Part shown: positions 61,098-64,000 of the stretch, in pieces
Layout: every line of letters starts with the position of its first letter
Position numbering within the stretch: position 1 is the stretch's first letter
NCBI RefSeq assembly: GCF_000143415.4
Contig: NW_003314395.1
Coordinates: 62,001 to 126,000 of the forward strand
Direction: 5' to 3'
Source: Selaginella moellendorffii
Taxonomy: Eukaryota; Plantae; Lycopodiophyta
DNA length: 64,000 nt
Made by a program: the position numbers and the translations under genes
The notes under the pieces: model-generated
The model's database searches: none
Seen by the model: only the letters and a program-made list of their open reading frames with translations
Told to the model about the DNA's origin: nothing

Positions 61098-62424
61098 AAA
61101 ATGCCTGAGCTCACGGCAGCTTGCAGCAAAAAACTGAAGCGCCCTAATCAAGGCACTGGAATCTTTGGAGAATCTCAGAGATTCCTTTTAAAAATATTTT
61201 AAGTTTAAAAGAAACCCCCCCCCCCCCCCCCTCATTTTTTAAAAACGGGCTGAAAGGTTTAAAAAGTGAAAACATTGTGTTAAAGTTAACACTATGTGTG
61301 AATCAAAATGTTTTAAGAAAATATCCTAAATTTTAATGTAAAGTAATTTACTTTATTTTAGAACATAGTGCGACTGTATTCATCACTTAAATTTAACACA
61401 TTTCAAAAATAAAGAGTAGGTGTGAATGGCTTCTATAAGTGACTAATTTTTCCATTCTACTTTAGCCATTTAACCACACTTTTGACCACTTAGAGGAATC
61501 TCACTTATGAATTCCATAAATTTTATTTCTAACTTGGGGACATGTTAACCCCATGAATGGCATTTATGCCACTTAACCTTTGCACTTAGTCCAAGTGCTC
61601 TACGAGTTTAATCCCATGACTAACACGCAAAAGTACCACTGACATATCAACCTATTACTCTAAAGTTATGCCTATTCACCTTTGTTACATCCATAGTTCA
61701 AGACCACCTATATCACAATTTCATCTCTCAAAGCCTAGGCCATCTGTTCATAAGTGGTCATCCCTTGACCACACCTTAGCACCTTTAAAATGCCCAAAGA
61801 CATGAAAAACACTCTTCCTTAATGTCCCTTCTTTCATTCCCATTAAGTCCTTTTTTATTCATGGCCATACTCGCATATTGCCAATGGGTCAAGGCTTAGA
61901 AGCCCGACCTCTAAGTCCTACTAACCTCTGGGACTTCCTCACCATATGACTGTATCCTTAGTCACTACACCAAAGGATTACTCTTCTTCCTTTATATAAT
62001 CTGAGACTTTGAAATGACATTTCCAAACACCATGGTCATACATGAGCCTTATAGGTACTTTCCCCACCTTTCGCCCTAAAGTGCCCTAGCCATGTGGCTA
62101 GAGCAAGGTTCTAATGAGCTATACCAAGTATTCAAGTAGGTAGTGCCATCTACATTTGGATTGGGAGTATTGACCATTCGATCTCTTGGGGGAGATAGAG
62201 TCAACTCTTAAACACTTCACTTAATTACTTTGCTTGTTTGTCTGTATTCATTGTAGCCTTGGACTCTTTAATGGATATATCATCACCTAACATGTGAATA
62301 TAACCTTCTTTGTTCACATTAACCCTTCTTAGTCAAATTGGCTCCACTAGAGTCCTCCCTTTATTATACTTTTGGAGCTCACCAAGCCCCCTAGGATTTG
62401 GAAGATGATCGCTTTGGGATTTTA

Positions 62425-62810
62425 CCTTCAGATTCGGACTCGGGCTTAAACTCGGACTCGGTTTCGGTCTCGGACTTAGACTCAATCTCGGTCTCAGTCT
62501 TGGTCTCGATCTTGATCTTGGTCTTGGTCTCTTTCTTGGCCTTGACCTCGGACTCCATCTTAGGTCTATCTCAAATTCCATCTTATGTCCATCTTGGACT
62601 CAATCTCGAGTATATCTCAGACTCCATCTTAAGTCTATTTCGGACTCAACCTCAAACTCCATCTTGAGTCTATTTTAAGTCCATCTCAAACTCCATCTCA
62701 AATTCCTTCTTGAGTCCATCTTGAGTCCATATCGGACTCTATCTTGGACTCCAACTTGTATTCCTTCTCAAACTCAATCTTGAACTTTTTCTCGAACTCC
62801 TTTTTAGACT
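62425..62810. repeat. Degenerate hexamer repeat (GACTCG/GTCTCG-like)
   Basis: 'tcggactcggtttcggtctcggacttagactcaatctcggtctcagtc...'. Confidence 0.75.
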
Positions 62811-63029
62811 TGTTCCTGACACTTCCATGTGTCTCCTTCTTGTGTCCCTTTTTAAAGACTCATTCACCAGTTGTTTCATGCTCATTCATCGAGCACTTTG
62901 TTTGGAGCTCCACTCCCACTCTTGACTTTCCAAGTTGGAGCATTTGGTCTAAATATGTTATGTTTGTTGGAATTCTACTTTAACCATTACCATGTGGCAT
63001 CCTTTTTGCTCCACTTTAGGGTTTAGGGA

Positions 63030-63620
63030 TTTATGTCTCATAACCCGCTCACAGTCTATAGACCAAATGAAAGATAGCGTTGATGACTTTAGTAAAGTTT
63101 GCAACGGTGCAGTGCAATTAAAAAGATAATCAACAAAATGATTGAGATGCTGCACCTTGCCCAAGAAGCATTATATATCATTCACACACTTTAGAGTAAG
63201 GAACTTTAGAATAACCACAAGTTTATCATAATCAACTTGCAAACCCTCATAAGAAATACAGTACCCAAGATAAGTCGTGTTTTTGGACCTAAACACACAC
63301 TTCAACCACTTCAACTTTAAACCAACTTTTTATAATCGATCTAACACATTACAAACATCATAGACGTATTCTTTCCGCATCCCCTTTGAGTGGATCACTA
63401 AATGCCATATTGCATTACGAACTCAAACAACCCTTGACAAAAATGATGCAATTGTTGAAAAGCATCATCACAATCGTCTGCATATCCATATGCACATTTA
63501 AAGACGTCCAGGAGAATACTCTAATCTTCATAAGTGGCTGTGCTCAAATTATTGTACTATTGCAACATCATCCTTTAGAGACACATAAAAAATTCATATA
63601 AATGCTGAGTATCATCTTAA
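63030..63620 (-). mobile_element. Decayed Gypsy RT / RNase H linker remnant
   Basis: 'VLDRL*KVGLKLKWLKCVF...YLGYCIS.EGL...CFLGKVQHL.HF'. Confidence 0.75.
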
Positions 63621-64000
63621 GAATGATATGTGGCAATCACTATGAAGTGATCGAACTAATGCTACATATCATCCCCATTATTCCCACAAAAGAACTCTAG
63701 CTGGACTTGAGGATTGGTAGCAAGAGTAGGAAGAGCTATACCACACACCATAAATGCCACCATCAACTAAGTTTGATTGTTTAACTGCAACCACATAACA
63801 TTGAGCAATTGCACCAATTGTTGCTCTTGAATCAAAGCAAGAGGAGGCTGCTACTTTGCCATAAAAATAAATGAGAAGGAAAAAAAAAAACAAAAAAGAA
63901 GAAATTGAAAAATCTATAAAGAAAAGTAGATCTAGACAATGCAAAAACTAGATCTACAGTAGAATCCCAAATCTAACACTTTTCAAGAACAATCAAAATT

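Larger units (their letters stand above)
57720..61433 (-). mobile_element. PIF/Harbinger DNA transposon, with both termini present
   Basis: Imperfect 25-bp TIRs GGAGCCATTCACACCTGCGCTTTAT / ATAAAGAGTAGGTGTGAATGGCTTC; TAT on both flanks; contains DDE and Myb/SANT genes. Confidence 0.92.

Noticed and set aside
62333-62581. SR/RS-domain protein
   Set aside because: One reading of a hexamer repeat; no RRM or gene structure.

Overview
Eukaryotic plant DNA, most consistent with a lycophyte such as Selaginella (inferred from very high gene density, 45-60 nt introns and a run of 31-aa PPR motifs). About 1-32.6 kb is gene-dense: a frameshifted BAHD acyltransferase, two convergent C2-domain genes, a P-class PPR, a class-3 lipase, tRNA-Pro/Cys/Val, TSPO, a DUF2921 gene plus a decayed paralog, a PPR-SMR gene, a UBP27-like protease, Rab GGTase beta, BZW/5MP, a PLS-E PPR, TSP9, an F-box gene and an ER-type NDPK. 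About 32.7-64 kb is a nested transposon graveyard (Copia, Gypsy, MULE and LINE remnants, plus a TIR-bounded PIF/Harbinger element) with two 100-N gaps. The most striking feature is a GC-rich array of about 15 copies of a 316-bp unit (41897-46800). Each unit parses exactly as a 58-nt GT-AG intron plus a 258-nt phase-0 exon (86 codons). The array shows higher-order structure, convergent arms and a precise 95-nt internal inversion. All calls come from manual reading; no database searches were run.
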